The notes under the pieces: generated by a model
The model's input: only the letters and a program-made list of their open reading frames with translations
Told to the model about the DNA's origin: nothing
The model's database searches: none
Origin: Octopus bimaculoides
Taxonomy: Eukaryota
NCBI RefSeq assembly: GCF_001194135.2
Contig: NC_068981.1
Span: forward strand, 122,479,356-122,522,817
DNA length: 43,462 bases
Direction: 5' to 3'
Shown: one piece after another, positions 12,494 to 25,100 of the stretch
Layout of the letters: each line of letters starts with the position of its first letter
Numbering within the stretch: the stretch's first letter is position 1
Translations under genes and position numbers: made by a program

Positions 12494-13025
12494 AATAACA
12501 GCAGGAAAAAGATGGTATAAACACATGCCAGAAAAGGTCACAGAAAATCGAGAAAGCAACCATACTCTGGGATATGCCAATACACACATATAGAGAAATT
12601 AAGGCAAATAGACCAGATATAGTTATCAAAGATCATGACGGGAAAAAATGCTTTCTAATTGCTGTATCAATGCCAACAGATGACAACGTTTCCCTAAAAG
12701 AAATGGAAAAACTTTCAAAATACAAAGACCTGGAAATAGAGGTAACTCGAAAGTGGAATCTAAAAACAGAATCAATTCCTATCATAGTAGGTGCCTTAGG
12801 TAAAATAAAAAAAATATTCAGACAAATACATAGCAAAAACACCAGGACACACAAATATATATAACATACAGAAAATTGCACTACTGGGCACTGCACACAT
12901 CCTACGCAAAACACTTTCAATACAGTAACGATAAGAGCATCACAGCAAACCACAGCACATAACCAAGGCACACAGAGTTGCGCTTGGTAGTGAAGTGAAA
13001 GCACGTTATAAAAATAAAACTACTG
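12494..13025 (+). mobile_element. R4/Dong-clade non-LTR retrotransposon, 3' end (RLE domain + 3'UTR), subfamily A
   Basis: Frameshifted translation WYKHMPEKVTEN..ILWDMPIHTYREIKANRPDIVIKD..CFLIAVSMPTDDNVSLKEMEKLSKYKDL..PIIVGALG..IQKIALLGTAHILRKTL matches the PD-(D/E)xK restriction-like endonuclease C-terminus of R4-type elements. An (AAT)n tail follows. Confidence 0.9.
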
Positions 13026-13055
13026 AACAACAATAATAATAATAATAATAATAAT

Positions 13056-13268
13056 TCTTTCTGCTATAGGCACAAGGCCTGAAATTTTGGGAGAGAGGTT
13101 TATTCGATTACATCGACTCCTACTCGACTGGTAGTTAATTTATTGAGCCCAGAATGGTAAAAGGCAAATTTGACCTCGGGGCAATTTGAATTGAGAACAT
13201 GAAGACAGACGAAATACCGCTAAGCATTTCGATCAGCGTGTTAAAGATTGTGACAACTCGCCGCCTTA
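13056..13268 (-). mobile_element. SINE family 1, full length
   Basis: From the AGGCACAAGGCCTGAAATTTTGGG tail to the CTCGCCGCCTTA head. Its (ATT)n tail is the same array as the Dong tail. Confidence 0.9.
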
Positions 13269-13280
13269 ATAATCACAATA

Positions 13281-13446
13281 GTGGTTGTAAATTCCGCCAC
13301 AAAGGCTGGCATTTCGTGGGAGGGGATGAGTCGATTACGTCGACCTCATTGTTCAACTGGTACTTCTTTTATCAGCTCGAAACAATAAGAACGTAGCTAA
13401 GCATTTCGTTCATACGTGCTAACGATTCTGCCAGTTCACTCCCTTA
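13281..13446 (-). mobile_element. SINE family 1, internally deleted
   Basis: GTCGATTACGTCGACC, CAACTGGTAC and CTAAGCATTTCG...CTAACGATTCTGCCAG present; the middle part is missing. Confidence 0.8.
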
Positions 13447-13448
13447 AA

Positions 13449-13509
13449 GAACAACAACAGCAACAGCAACACCAACAACAACACTAACAACAACAACAAC
13501 AACAACAAC

Positions 13510-13587
<78 letters not shown>
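13449..13587. repeat. (AAC)n-(AAT)n compound microsatellite
   Basis: Direct reading. Confidence 0.95.
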
Positions 13588-13592
<5 letters not shown>

Positions 13593-13682
13593 TATTCAGA
13601 CAAATACACAACAAAAACACCAGGACTTACAAATATATATAACATACAGACACTTGCACTACTGGGCACTGCACACATCCTA
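13588..13682 (+). mobile_element. R4/Dong subfamily A, short 5'-truncated copy
   Basis: Near-identical to about 12810-12903 (AAATATTCAGACAAATAC...GCACTACTGGGCACTGCACACATCCTA). It starts right after (AAT)n and runs into gap 13683-14649. Confidence 0.9.
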
Positions 13683-14649
13683 NNNNNNNNNNNNNNNNNN
13701 NNNNNNNNNNNNNNNNNNNNNNNNNNNNNNNNNNNNNNNNNNNNNNNNNNNNNNNNNNNNNNNNNNNNNNNNNNNNNNNNNNNNNNNNNNNNNNNNNNNN
13801 NNNNNNNNNNNNNNNNNNNNNNNNNNNNNNNNNNNNNNNNNNNNNNNNNNNNNNNNNNNNNNNNNNNNNNNNNNNNNNNNNNNNNNNNNNNNNNNNNNNN
13901 NNNNNNNNNNNNNNNNNNNNNNNNNNNNNNNNNNNNNNNNNNNNNNNNNNNNNNNNNNNNNNNNNNNNNNNNNNNNNNNNNNNNNNNNNNNNNNNNNNNN
14001 NNNNNNNNNNNNNNNNNNNNNNNNNNNNNNNNNNNNNNNNNNNNNNNNNNNNNNNNNNNNNNNNNNNNNNNNNNNNNNNNNNNNNNNNNNNNNNNNNNNN
14101 NNNNNNNNNNNNNNNNNNNNNNNNNNNNNNNNNNNNNNNNNNNNNNNNNNNNNNNNNNNNNNNNNNNNNNNNNNNNNNNNNNNNNNNNNNNNNNNNNNNN
14201 NNNNNNNNNNNNNNNNNNNNNNNNNNNNNNNNNNNNNNNNNNNNNNNNNNNNNNNNNNNNNNNNNNNNNNNNNNNNNNNNNNNNNNNNNNNNNNNNNNNN
14301 NNNNNNNNNNNNNNNNNNNNNNNNNNNNNNNNNNNNNNNNNNNNNNNNNNNNNNNNNNNNNNNNNNNNNNNNNNNNNNNNNNNNNNNNNNNNNNNNNNNN
14401 NNNNNNNNNNNNNNNNNNNNNNNNNNNNNNNNNNNNNNNNNNNNNNNNNNNNNNNNNNNNNNNNNNNNNNNNNNNNNNNNNNNNNNNNNNNNNNNNNNNN
14501 NNNNNNNNNNNNNNNNNNNNNNNNNNNNNNNNNNNNNNNNNNNNNNNNNNNNNNNNNNNNNNNNNNNNNNNNNNNNNNNNNNNNNNNNNNNNNNNNNNNN
14601 NNNNNNNNNNNNNNNNNNNNNNNNNNNNNNNNNNNNNNNNNNNNNNNNN

Positions 14650-14758
14650 ATGGTACCCTAGGCATAACAGCAACATGAACTTCTAACTTGTTGTCTCTTG
14701 GGGTCTTTGGGTGAGACTTGGATCCAACTTGTACAAATGCAAAACAAAAGTCAAACAT
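14650..14758 (+). mobile_element. Retroelement 3' end, probably a second R4/Dong subfamily (B)
   Basis: Unique 3'UTR-like segment ending ...CAAAAGTCAAACAT directly before a long (AAT)n (14759-14844). No coding sequence is visible because of the gap. Confidence 0.55.
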
Positions 14759-14760
14759 AA

Positions 14761-14844
<84 letters not shown>

Positions 14845-14845
<1 letters not shown>

Positions 14846-14901
14846 GGCTTTGTATATTTTACCCCAGTGTCACTTTGATGGCATGCACTGCTCTCTCACT
14901 C
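14845..14901 (+). mobile_element. 57-bp retroelement 3' tip embedded in (AAT)n (probable R4/Dong subfamily D)
   Basis: GGGCTTTGTATATTTACCCCAGTGTCACTTTGATGGCATGCACTGCTCTCTCACTC with (AAT)n on both sides. Confidence 0.5.
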
Positions 14902-15740
14902 AATAATAATAATAATACTAACAAAGTATCATTATCATTACTATTATATGATTTTTCGTTCGTTCAATTTTGCTTTCTTTTCTTGCTGACATCTACAAAA
15001 CTGCGTATATAGTGATAGACCATTAAATCACACCGGATCTTTAATTTAAAAAACCAAATAAAGTTATGTGGAAAGCAGGAAATTTTACAAGAGTTTTATT
15101 ACGCGTGATGTACCATTCAAAACAATATTTTGCAATTCTTGTACGCGTGGTAAGCCAGAGATCAAGCTCAGGAAGCTCGCTATGCTTTCTTGTTCCTGCG
15201 TTTTCTTAATAACAATTACCATGAGAAATGAATAACCAACATCCAAATGCCTATACCCCAAATATAAAAAGCTAATATAAAAAGCTAATATAAATGGCGT
15301 TACGTTCGCCTGACATTTTCAGAACATTTTTCGTGTCCCTACATGATAAACATTGTCCTGCGCACAGAAAATGAGATGCGACAGCCATTTAAACGAGTAA
15401 GCGAACTCTGAAATATATAACATTTATTATGATTACTAAGATTTATTAGAAAATCTGTTTGGCTGTCAGTAGCGCCATAAATCAGAAAAAAAATATAACT
15501 CACTTCATTTATCATGTGAAGCTTATTACATTCAAAAAGGCAACGTTTAATTTTACTCGCATTGCACAATATACTTTATACATAAGATATACGTTACACA
15601 TGTGCGCATGCATAGCAGATACACATACACACGCACACTAAACTCACATGCAACTATCTATTTACATATCTACCTATCTATATCCACAAACACACACACG
15701 CACACACACACACACTCACACACACACATATACATACATA

Positions 15741-15775
<35 letters not shown>

Positions 15776-16621
15776 NNNNNNNNNNNNNNNNNNNNNNNNN
15801 NNNNNNNNNNNNNNNNNNNNNNNNNNNNNNNNNNNNNNNNNNNNNNNNNNNNNNNNNNNNNNNNNNNNNNNNNNNNNNNNNNNNNNNNNNNNNNNNNNNN
15901 NNNNNNNNNNNNNNNNNNNNNNNNNNNNNNNNNNNNNNNNNNNNNNNNNNNNNNNNNNNNNNNNNNNNNNNNNNNNNNNNNNNNNNNNNNNNNNNNNNNN
16001 NNNNNNNNNNNNNNNNNNNNNNNNNNNNNNNNNNNNNNNNNNNNNNNNNNNNNNNNNNNNNNNNNNNNNNNNNNNNNNNNNNNNNNNNNNNNNNNNNNNN
16101 NNNNNNNNNNNNNNNNNNNNNNNNNNNNNNNNNNNNNNNNNNNNNNNNNNNNNNNNNNNNNNNNNNNNNNNNNNNNNNNNNNNNNNNNNNNNNNNNNNNN
16201 NNNNNNNNNNNNNNNNNNNNNNNNNNNNNNNNNNNNNNNNNNNNNNNNNNNNNNNNNNNNNNNNNNNNNNNNNNNNNNNNNNNNNNNNNNNNNNNNNNNN
16301 NNNNNNNNNNNNNNNNNNNNNNNNNNNNNNNNNNNNNNNNNNNNNNNNNNNNNNNNNNNNNNNNNNNNNNNNNNNNNNNNNNNNNNNNNNNNNNNNNNNN
16401 NNNNNNNNNNNNNNNNNNNNNNNNNNNNNNNNNNNNNNNNNNNNNNNNNNNNNNNNNNNNNNNNNNNNNNNNNNNNNNNNNNNNNNNNNNNNNNNNNNNN
16501 NNNNNNNNNNNNNNNNNNNNNNNNNNNNNNNNNNNNNNNNNNNNNNNNNNNNNNNNNNNNNNNNNNNNNNNNNNNNNNNNNNNNNNNNNNNNNNNNNNNA
16601 TATATATATATACATTATATG

Positions 16622-16659
<38 letters not shown>

Positions 16660-17393
16660 ATACACCTGTTTGTTGTTTATACACCTCGCTTCGTCTTTTG
16701 TTTTTCTGAAAATTTCAACTATATATGTGTGTGTATGTTATTTGACTTGAAACGTAATGTTCAATTACTTCGTTATGAATTTTCACACTAAAAAGAGCGT
16801 TACTATTTGAGGGATTAGATTAATATACATATATCTTTTTTTATATGCACAGATAAGAGCACATTTACACTACAAACATGTCCATTGAATACATAATAGT
16901 ATGACCGATATTTTAAGATGATGTATTGAATTTTTTGAGAGCACTTATTCATGGAGACTAAGAAGTGTATTTGCTAAGTTCATATTTTGGCATTATGCCA
17001 TATTCTTTGTCGCACTTAGCAGAGCATTGAAATATCCAAATTTAAGCTGATGTTACTTCACAGCCCTCACAGGAAATTACTCAATACTTTTATTTTTCTA
17101 TCTGAACAAAAATGTTTCATATATTGTCCGTTCTATCAAGTAGCACATCATTGCATAAATAATACTTCCTTGATGAGCTTTATTATCATCAGTTTTGCTT
17201 TAATAATATCGTAAATTGTATGTTTAGCTGATCAACACACCTTACAAATTGACACCTAATTGCATTTCCTTGAAGTGGAGATATTAAATAGATTTCATGA
17301 ATATTAAAGTTACACAATCACCAAACACATTTCAGCTTTAGTTGCACAAGATTTATCGGATACATATTTGATATTGGTACTCTACAACTTATG

Positions 17394-17434
<41 letters not shown>

Positions 17435-17920
17435 NNNNNNNNNNNNNNNNNNNNNNNNNNNNNNNNNNNNNNNNNNNNNNNNNNNNNNNNNNNNNNNNNN
17501 NNNNNNNNNNNNNNNNNNNNNNNNNNNNNNNNNNNNNNNNNNNNNNNNNNNNNNNNNNNNNNNNNNNNNNNNNNNNNNNNNNNNNNNNNNNNNNNNNNNN
17601 NNNNNNNNNNNNNNNNNNNNNNNNNNNNNNNNNNNNNNNNNNNNNNNNNNNNNNNNNNNNNNNNNNNNNNNNNNNNNNNNNNNNNNNNNNNNNNNNNNNN
17701 NNNNNNNNNNNNNNNNNNNNNNNNNNNNNNNNNNNNNNNNNNNNNNNNNNNNNNNNNNNTGTGTGTGTGTGTGTGTGTGTGTGTGTTTGTTGAACTATAA
17801 TTTGAGAAACAACACTAGAAACTGAAATGGACTTATGCGAAATCATTTATTCAATGAAAGTATTTAGTATTAATCTAGAGATATGGTGTTGAACATTGTT
17901 AATTGATATAAACGTTATAC

Positions 17921-18096
17921 TAGTTTCAAATTTTGGCGTGAGGCCACTAATTTCGGGTTTGGTGTATATTCGATCACATCGAAACCATTGCTTACCTGAT
18001 ACTTAAACTAACCCGAAAAGAACGAAATGTAAATTCAACCCCCAGCGGAATTTGAACTCAGAACGTTAGACGGATGAAATACGGCTAAACATTTTG
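17921..18096 (-). mobile_element. SINE family 1, degraded
   Basis: TTTCAAATTTTGGC tail, GCGGAATTTGAACTCAGAACGT and GAAATACGGCTAAACATTTTG. Confidence 0.8.
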
Positions 18097-18985
18097 ATGT
18101 ACTCGACTTTAAATTCCGTTTTGTTTGATGCAATGTTTTACAGATTATTTATGCATATCTTCTGTAAAGGAGAATAGTATTTGTGATAGTTACTCTTTGG
18201 AATCAATCAGTAGAAATAGCATAGGAATGCCAATGTATATTAGGAAGGCCTCTAACAAAGTATTCATATGCAAATGCAAAAAGAATGCCAAAGACTGATA
18301 GACATATTCGCAATAACTATTTTCATTTACATCTATACACCTATACGAATGGTGTGTAATTCGTTCTGACATTATGTCGTATCACTCTTTTAGATTAGAA
18401 ACGATATATTTATTTGCTTTAAGGTATGTAAAACAGAGATACTCTGTGCTAACGCGATTTCACATTTAAGTGCAATAGCCTTTCGTTACTTTAACCATTT
18501 TCTTTGTGGTGTGTGACAGTGGTTGGAATGAAATCTCCAAAACATAGGTGGATATATGATAATATTAAATATGGATCAATCTACATGTCAACTTAGATAT
18601 GGCAGTGTGACAATTCACAAATTTATAATATCACATTTATCAAAAGGAAACAATTTTGTGGGATAAAACACGAGTACAACCTTTTTGCTTTATATATCCT
18701 CTTTGAATTATACTTTTCGTAGTAGAGACAGCACCCATAATAAGTATTGCACAGAGGACTATAATCATCTTTTAAGATTTAAACCAGGCATGCATTGAAT
18801 GCGATGTTTGTTGCATTATTCATCGAAGGCTTGGGCGTCTCTAGAGAACAAAACAAATTTTGGGACTAATATATCACAGCGAATATTAATTCATAAAGAG
18901 AACTACATTTTAGTTGTTTAAGTAGCCAGTTATTCAAAGAACAACGCTTTCAAATTGAAAGGAGTAACAAATTGTTGTAAAGTAG

Positions 18986-19082
18986 CCAACAAAGATAGAA
19001 CTCGTGCACGTGAAATATTTCACGATTTACATCACCAACGATGAACCGGTGGCAAACTTCGACGTCATCTATGTGCCGTCGC
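18986..19082 (+). other. Candidate exon / CpG-rich regulatory patch ending in a GTGAGT donor
   Basis: Open frame PTKIELVHVKYFTIYITNDEPVANFDVIYVPS with mostly G/C-ending codons, and GTGAGT at 19083. The acceptor is weak and no homology is recognised. Confidence 0.35.
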
Positions 19083-19954
19083 GTGAGTAAAGTTAGAGAA
19101 ATGTGAAATTGTGTTTCTCAAAGAAAATAAGGATAAATTTCGAATTGGGTACTTCTCGTTTAATATATTTATTCAATCATGTTTATTCAAAGTCTCTTCC
19201 ATAACATGTGATAATATGTTGCAATATAATTTTCAATACATGTTTCATAAAACTGGAATGTTCAAATCTATTAGAGTAGAAAAAACGTTTTTTTCACACA
19301 GCGTAACGTATAGGGAGAAAATAAGTTCTGGATTACCATAATTATCATTCTAAGCCTTCTGTAGAAACATTATTTTACCTAGAAGTACGTTGATATAGAC
19401 GATAGAGATTTAGAGCTTTCAAAACATTTGCTGTAATACTTAACTTTATATGCATAATATGTAATAGAGAAATGCATTCAGAATAATTTGACCGCACAGA
19501 ATTTGCGTCATTTACCGTAAAAGAACGGAGAACATTAAAAAAAATTTACTGTTCTTTCTTAAATTTATTTCTACCGATAAGTGCTTGGCAACAAATTATT
19601 CTCGTCAAATTTATATAGTCGTCGAACGATCTATTTCCACAAACTGCCATAAATTTTATGGGCTCAAAATCAATGAGTCTTAACTCTTGCTCAGTAAGTT
19701 CCTGTCACTTTATATCGATTAGAAATTGGAAAGTATGTAAGATATTGGGATTTAGTTGACATCTATCTTGTTTCTATTTAATGGAAGTATTCAGTGATAC
19801 TAATACATCTTTAATGGGTGCTGAACATATCTTAGAAACTATAGATAGATGTAGAGCTCAGACAAATGCGTAAATATTTTCAATAAGCGACGCAGTTTCA
19901 TAAAACATAATTCAAATTTAGTAGGATTTATATATATTATTTCTGTTATTCCTT

Positions 19955-20166
19955 TATTTGCTTCAGTCATTTGACATCGGCCATGCTCAAGGACCGCCTT
20001 TTAGTCGACCCCAGGACTTATTCATTGTAAGCCTAGTACTTATTCTATCGGTCTCTCTTCCCGAACCCCTAAGTTACGGAGTCATAAACACACCAGAATC
20101 GGTTGTCAAGCGATGTTGGGGGGACAAAGAGACACACAAACATATATATATATATATATATATATA
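19955..20166 (-). mobile_element. SINE family 2, 3' half
   Basis: Reverse complement of about 35390-35580 (CAGTCATTTGAC..GGCCATGCT, CTAGTACTTATTCTATCGGTCTC, GGTTGTCAAGCGAT). It runs into (TA)n and gap 20167-20275. Confidence 0.85.
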
Positions 20167-20634
20167 NNNNNNNNNNNNNNNNNNNNNNNNNNNNNNNNNN
20201 NNNNNNNNNNNNNNNNNNNNNNNNNNNNNNNNNNNNNNNNNNNNNNNNNNNNNNNNNNNNNNNNNNNNNNNNNNNTATATATACATATATATATATATGT
20301 GAAAAATGATATACACGTATACATGTATGTATGGATATATAGATAGATACATTCATGTACAGTGGTATATATACACATAGATTCATATACATAAGTATAT
20401 AAGCATATGCATAAATAAACGTATGCATATATATACACATGGCCATAGTAGATGTACATACCTACATCCTGCTGATCATTGTCCCACTGGTAGGTTTGAA
20501 TTTTTCTATGCACATTTCGTTTAACCTGGTATTATCTGCAGTTATATTTGTTTCCAGTTTTCACCTTTCATTAAGAGAGATATTACACGTTTTCTTGGAG
20601 TGTCAAATTACAGTGACTTAGGATATATATGTTT

Positions 20635-20636
<2 letters not shown>

Positions 20637-20672
<36 letters not shown>

Positions 20673-20673
20673 G

Positions 20674-20707
<34 letters not shown>
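20637..20707. repeat. (GT)n microsatellite
   Basis: Direct reading. Confidence 0.95.
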
Positions 20708-21734
20708 CTTCTTTATGTCTTAAAGATAGACATATATTTCTATCGTGTACATGTATCTATTTAGATTTTCAATCATAATGCTTGTTTCGAGAGTATAATG
20801 TTTTAAATGATATTATTGATTTCCTATGCCATAAAGTAATCTTTGCGTGACTATATTTCAATTAAAGTTTCTGAGATAAAAGCGTACAATTCGTTGATCT
20901 GTTTTTGCTGAAGTTTAAAGAGTTCATTAGATATTTATCCGGGACCAAAGGAAAACACGGAATGTGAAGATAATTTGTGTAAATGGAATTGGTGAAAACA
21001 AAGAGGGCCAAGTTATTTCATGATTTCCTGTAGATATCTTTCACTAGCTCGTGATTCATACATTAGGAATTTGAATGATGTTTCTACAGAACATCTATCA
21101 GAAGTTAATTACGTTAATTCGTGTGTAAATATTATCGATGCGAAGACATTTTTAATACATATATTCATGTTTTCAGTTCACGTTATTGTGAATACGTATA
21201 ATGAATTTTTAGCAGATCACAGTCATCTTTAAATTATTCTTATCTTCGAGTTCTCAATTATTTTACCAATTTTACCTTTTGATGAAAACTCAAATTCACT
21301 GTAATTTCTGTGTTAGTTTGTCAGCATAGCATTGAAACCAAACTGCAATTTTGCCTACATCCTGGAGACTATTATGCATGCCTCGTGAACGAGTATACCA
21401 TGTACTCTACACGAGACTGATGCTTAACAACAGTATGGCATGTCATCATAACATAATATTAACTCATAGTACTTAATTTATTACACCTACAGCTATGTTT
21501 ATATTTTTCCTATAAACTTATTTTACATTTTCTGCTAGGTGACAAGAAATTCATTAAGAAAATACTATTATAATTAAGCATGAAATCATTTTAACAAAGT
21601 GAAATACCCCTCCTCTCCCCCCCCCCCAAAACAGGTCTTTCAATCCGCGAGAAAAGTTTTCTTTCGCTTACACAGTAATGACATTTTATATGCCGAAGCA
21701 TATATAATTCTATAGTCACGTGATTTAGAAATAT

Positions 21735-21944
21735 TGTTTCAAATTTTGATACAAAGCCATCAGTTTTGGGGTTAGGAATAAGTCGAGTACATCGAACACA
21801 GTGCTAAACTTGTACATATTTTATACACTCGGAAGGAATGAAAGGCAATGTTGACCGCGAATTTGAACTCAGAACTTAAAGACGGACGAAATACCGCTAA
21901 AGATTTTGGCTGCGTGCTAACGATTCAACCAACTCGCTGCCTTA
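21735..21944 (-). mobile_element. SINE family 1, full length, diverged
   Basis: GAATTTGAACTCAGAAC, GACGGACGAAATACCGCTAA and the CTCGCTGCCTTA head. Confidence 0.85.
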
Positions 21945-21959
21945 CGTAATTTACAAACA

Positions 21960-22120
21960 TTGGTTTCAAATTTCGATAGAAGAATTGCAATATTGAAAGA
22001 GGGGCCAAGTTGATTACGTCAACCCCAGTGCTCAAGTGGTACGTGTTTTATCGTCTCCGAAAGGATGAAAGATAAAGTCGGCCGCGGCAAAACGGGAACG
22101 TAAGTGGTTTCGAAATACTG
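21960..22120 (-). mobile_element. SINE family 1, head truncated
   Basis: GGTTTCAAATTT tail, GATTACGTCAACCCCAGTGCTCAAGTGGTAC and GAAAGGATGAAAG. Confidence 0.75.
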
Positions 22121-25100
22121 AAAACTATTAGTGTAAGTTGAAGGAAGTGGTGACAGATACAAAATTAAAAGCAGCAACACTGAACCAATGTCTCAACCAT
22201 CGAATAAATGATTATGATCGGTTCAATTCATGATATAAATTCATTAAATATATGTCCCTAATTTGTAAATTCATTTAATCAAAGTATCTGCTGTGGGTTT
22301 ATAATAGTACTCTTGGTATTCATTTAAATCTCCTCACATTCTTAGTTAAAATTTTAACACGATGATAGAAGCCGGTTATACATTGGCTTTAAATCGTTTT
22401 CTATGAAAAATATGTGATCTTATTTCAATATATGTATTTATTACTGCATAAACTTTGAATCCACGAAGAATTAAATCTGTAATCATTTTTTCTATATTCC
22501 GACCTTAAGAAAATACCCCTCCAAAATATAAAGTTGAAAGATATTGTAGCTGTCAGAAACATTTTTTACTCTCTAACTATCTCTTACTCTCGCTCTTTAT
22601 ATTTCTTATATAAGATAATACTTAATATATTTCTTGTCAAACAACGAATTTGTGACAAGGCAAATTAGTAGAAGTACAAATATACAATTGGATCAAATAT
22701 GTCACTATTGTTTATTTTATAAAATATTAGTGTTCTTGTACATGATGGTTGACTTCAACAATAATTGAACTAAGATAACAGAGAAAATAATATGTAATTT
22801 ATACATTTAAACCTGGGCAATTTGCTGTTTTTTTTAAACATTTATCTATAAAAGAATAAACGGAACCTATAATGATACGTAAAAAGGTATCAGAAAATAA
22901 TTTGCCTGATTATAGATTTGTGATCAAGAGGTGTAATCGGAACCTGCAAGTTTCCACGTTCAATGCCACTGTAGGACAACTCGATCGTGTTCCTTTTACC
23001 ATATTTCGAAGCTGATAGAAACTTGAGTCAGATATATTGAAATTATGGATCATTCTTATTATTGGGGCTTACTTTATAAATTAATAGAATACAGTATGTT
23101 TCAAGCATGGGAAATATGCATCCTCCTTTTATAAGGACCCTAATTTGTAAACACAAAACAGACTTGATGCCACACAGAGGTTATAGGATTCTGTATTTAA
23201 TTGTAAATTATCTTTAATGCTTAATTTCATTATAAATTATCAAAATTATTCAACTTACGCTTGAATTATAACGATGCATCTTACATTTATTTCCTCTACC
23301 ATTTTAAGTCTGTAATTTCATTTAGAAAAATTTTCAGCTATTATATATATGAAATAAAGTCTTTCTATACATTTATAACTTTAAAGAAATTAAAAAGTCT
23401 TATTGTGCTCATAAAACAATTGCTTGTAATTTAATAAAGTAAATTCACTCAACTAAATGTTTAACTGATAAGCTCTTCTACCTCCTTAAAACAAAACAAG
23501 AATAGATCCCGTAATATGTCAAGATTATTCACATGCATTTCTTGCTTGAGTGTATCAATTAAGTTTAGATTTCATCCAAATCCATCTGAATTTAATTTTA
23601 ACTGAACATGGAATCTAATTATTAGAATAGTAAAACACAGATCACATTTCCAGTGTTAAGCCGAAATCAATTCACTATTACAGCGACTGAAACTGCTTAT
23701 ATAAGTTTCACGCTCAAACGATCAACATATTGATATTGCAATATGTAATATATATTACAGCAGTGTTGGTGTCTACTCTATTTAGTAAAATGAAATATCA
23801 ATACAAATTCAATCATATCATTTACTGAAGAGATATGAAAACAGATTTTCTTTATTTTATGAGTTACGAACTTGGAAGGTGTAAGCATTCAGTGTTCTTC
23901 TAGTTGTAGCATTTATATAGTATTAAGTCACTGCACAGCCAGCGGGAATATGTACTTCCTTTTGCTTTCTTTTATTAGAAATATCATACAATGTTGTAAC
24001 TTATTTTAAAATGGTAAAAACCATCTTAATGGAGCTTGAAAAGTAGGATTAGAGGTAGAATGAGTATGTGTGAGGTTTCATTCACAAAATTATTTCACGT
24101 GTACTTCTGCCCATCAATATTTAGACGACTGCTAGTAAAAGCTATTGAAATTGCCAGTAGGTGAGCCAGAACGGATGTGTAAGTCGTCTAAATTATTAGG
24201 CATGCACGTAAAACACATCTCTTTGAATCAGAATCAAGTTCATTCAATAAATTGACCCAGTTGATACGTTTGAAATCTGAATGGCATTATTATGACAGTG
24301 TTGAAAAATGTTAACTATAGACATAATATTAAGTCGTCTAGTATAAAATTTGTAGAAAAGAAAAATCAAGGAATGTTTTATTAATACAAGGACTAGTTTA
24401 TTAATACTTCATAAAGCACAAAATTAATTAGTATAAAAAAATAGATGTGTCAGATATCTAACAAAAAATAAAGATTGTTAGAATATAATAATGGTGCAAA
24501 ATGAGCAGCTGTCAACGTTTATAATATACCTTACTAGAAATATCATACTTGACGACGTAATACAAACCAAATTTCCTACCCATACGATCGGTTTTTGCCG
24601 ACAAGAACCAGCTGATTATGATAGTCATGTTCGTCCACTATTGGATTTCACTTCTTTGTTATTTATGTCTCTTTCTATTTTTGGTTACTCAACACACTTC
24701 CGTCATGGTAGGGTATATAATTCTAAAAAATTTGGACTATGCGCAAAGTTAGGCTTAAGACATTTTAAAATTATAGATTCTATACTTTTAGTTAAACATT
24801 ATATCTTAAGGAGAAATTTATTTACTTGCAATAGGTAGCTTTCCTTTCCGCTGAAATTGCTATTATCCTTATGGTTTCTTTTAAAGTATTTTCAATGTTG
24901 GTACAGTTAGCAATTTGTTATATTCATCTCGCTTTGCCTCATATTCATTATTAATTTTATCGGTAAAGATGAATCTATTTTTAGAGTCATTTTTAATTTA
25001 ATTTGAAGAAGGCTGAAATACTTAGAAAATTTTACTTTGACAATTATATAGAGGACGTGAGCTTCAAAGATCATAAATGAGTACATAGATATAAATGCAT

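Noticed and set aside
11781-12629. Poly-Glu/Gly/Pro/Ser ORFs in several frames
   Set aside because: All come from the C/T minisatellite and run into a gap. Open frames on both strands indicate low complexity rather than coding.
20439-20489. MAIVDVHTYILLIIVPL|GTAGGT, a hydrophobic candidate exon phase-compatible with 18986-19082
   Set aside because: The acceptor lacks any pyrimidine tract and lies in a TA/CA-derived low-complexity stretch.
23825-23840. CTGAAGA...GAAA hammerhead-like core
   Set aside because: Only 5 nt lie between the core halves, so no stem II can form, and there are no stem I or III arms.
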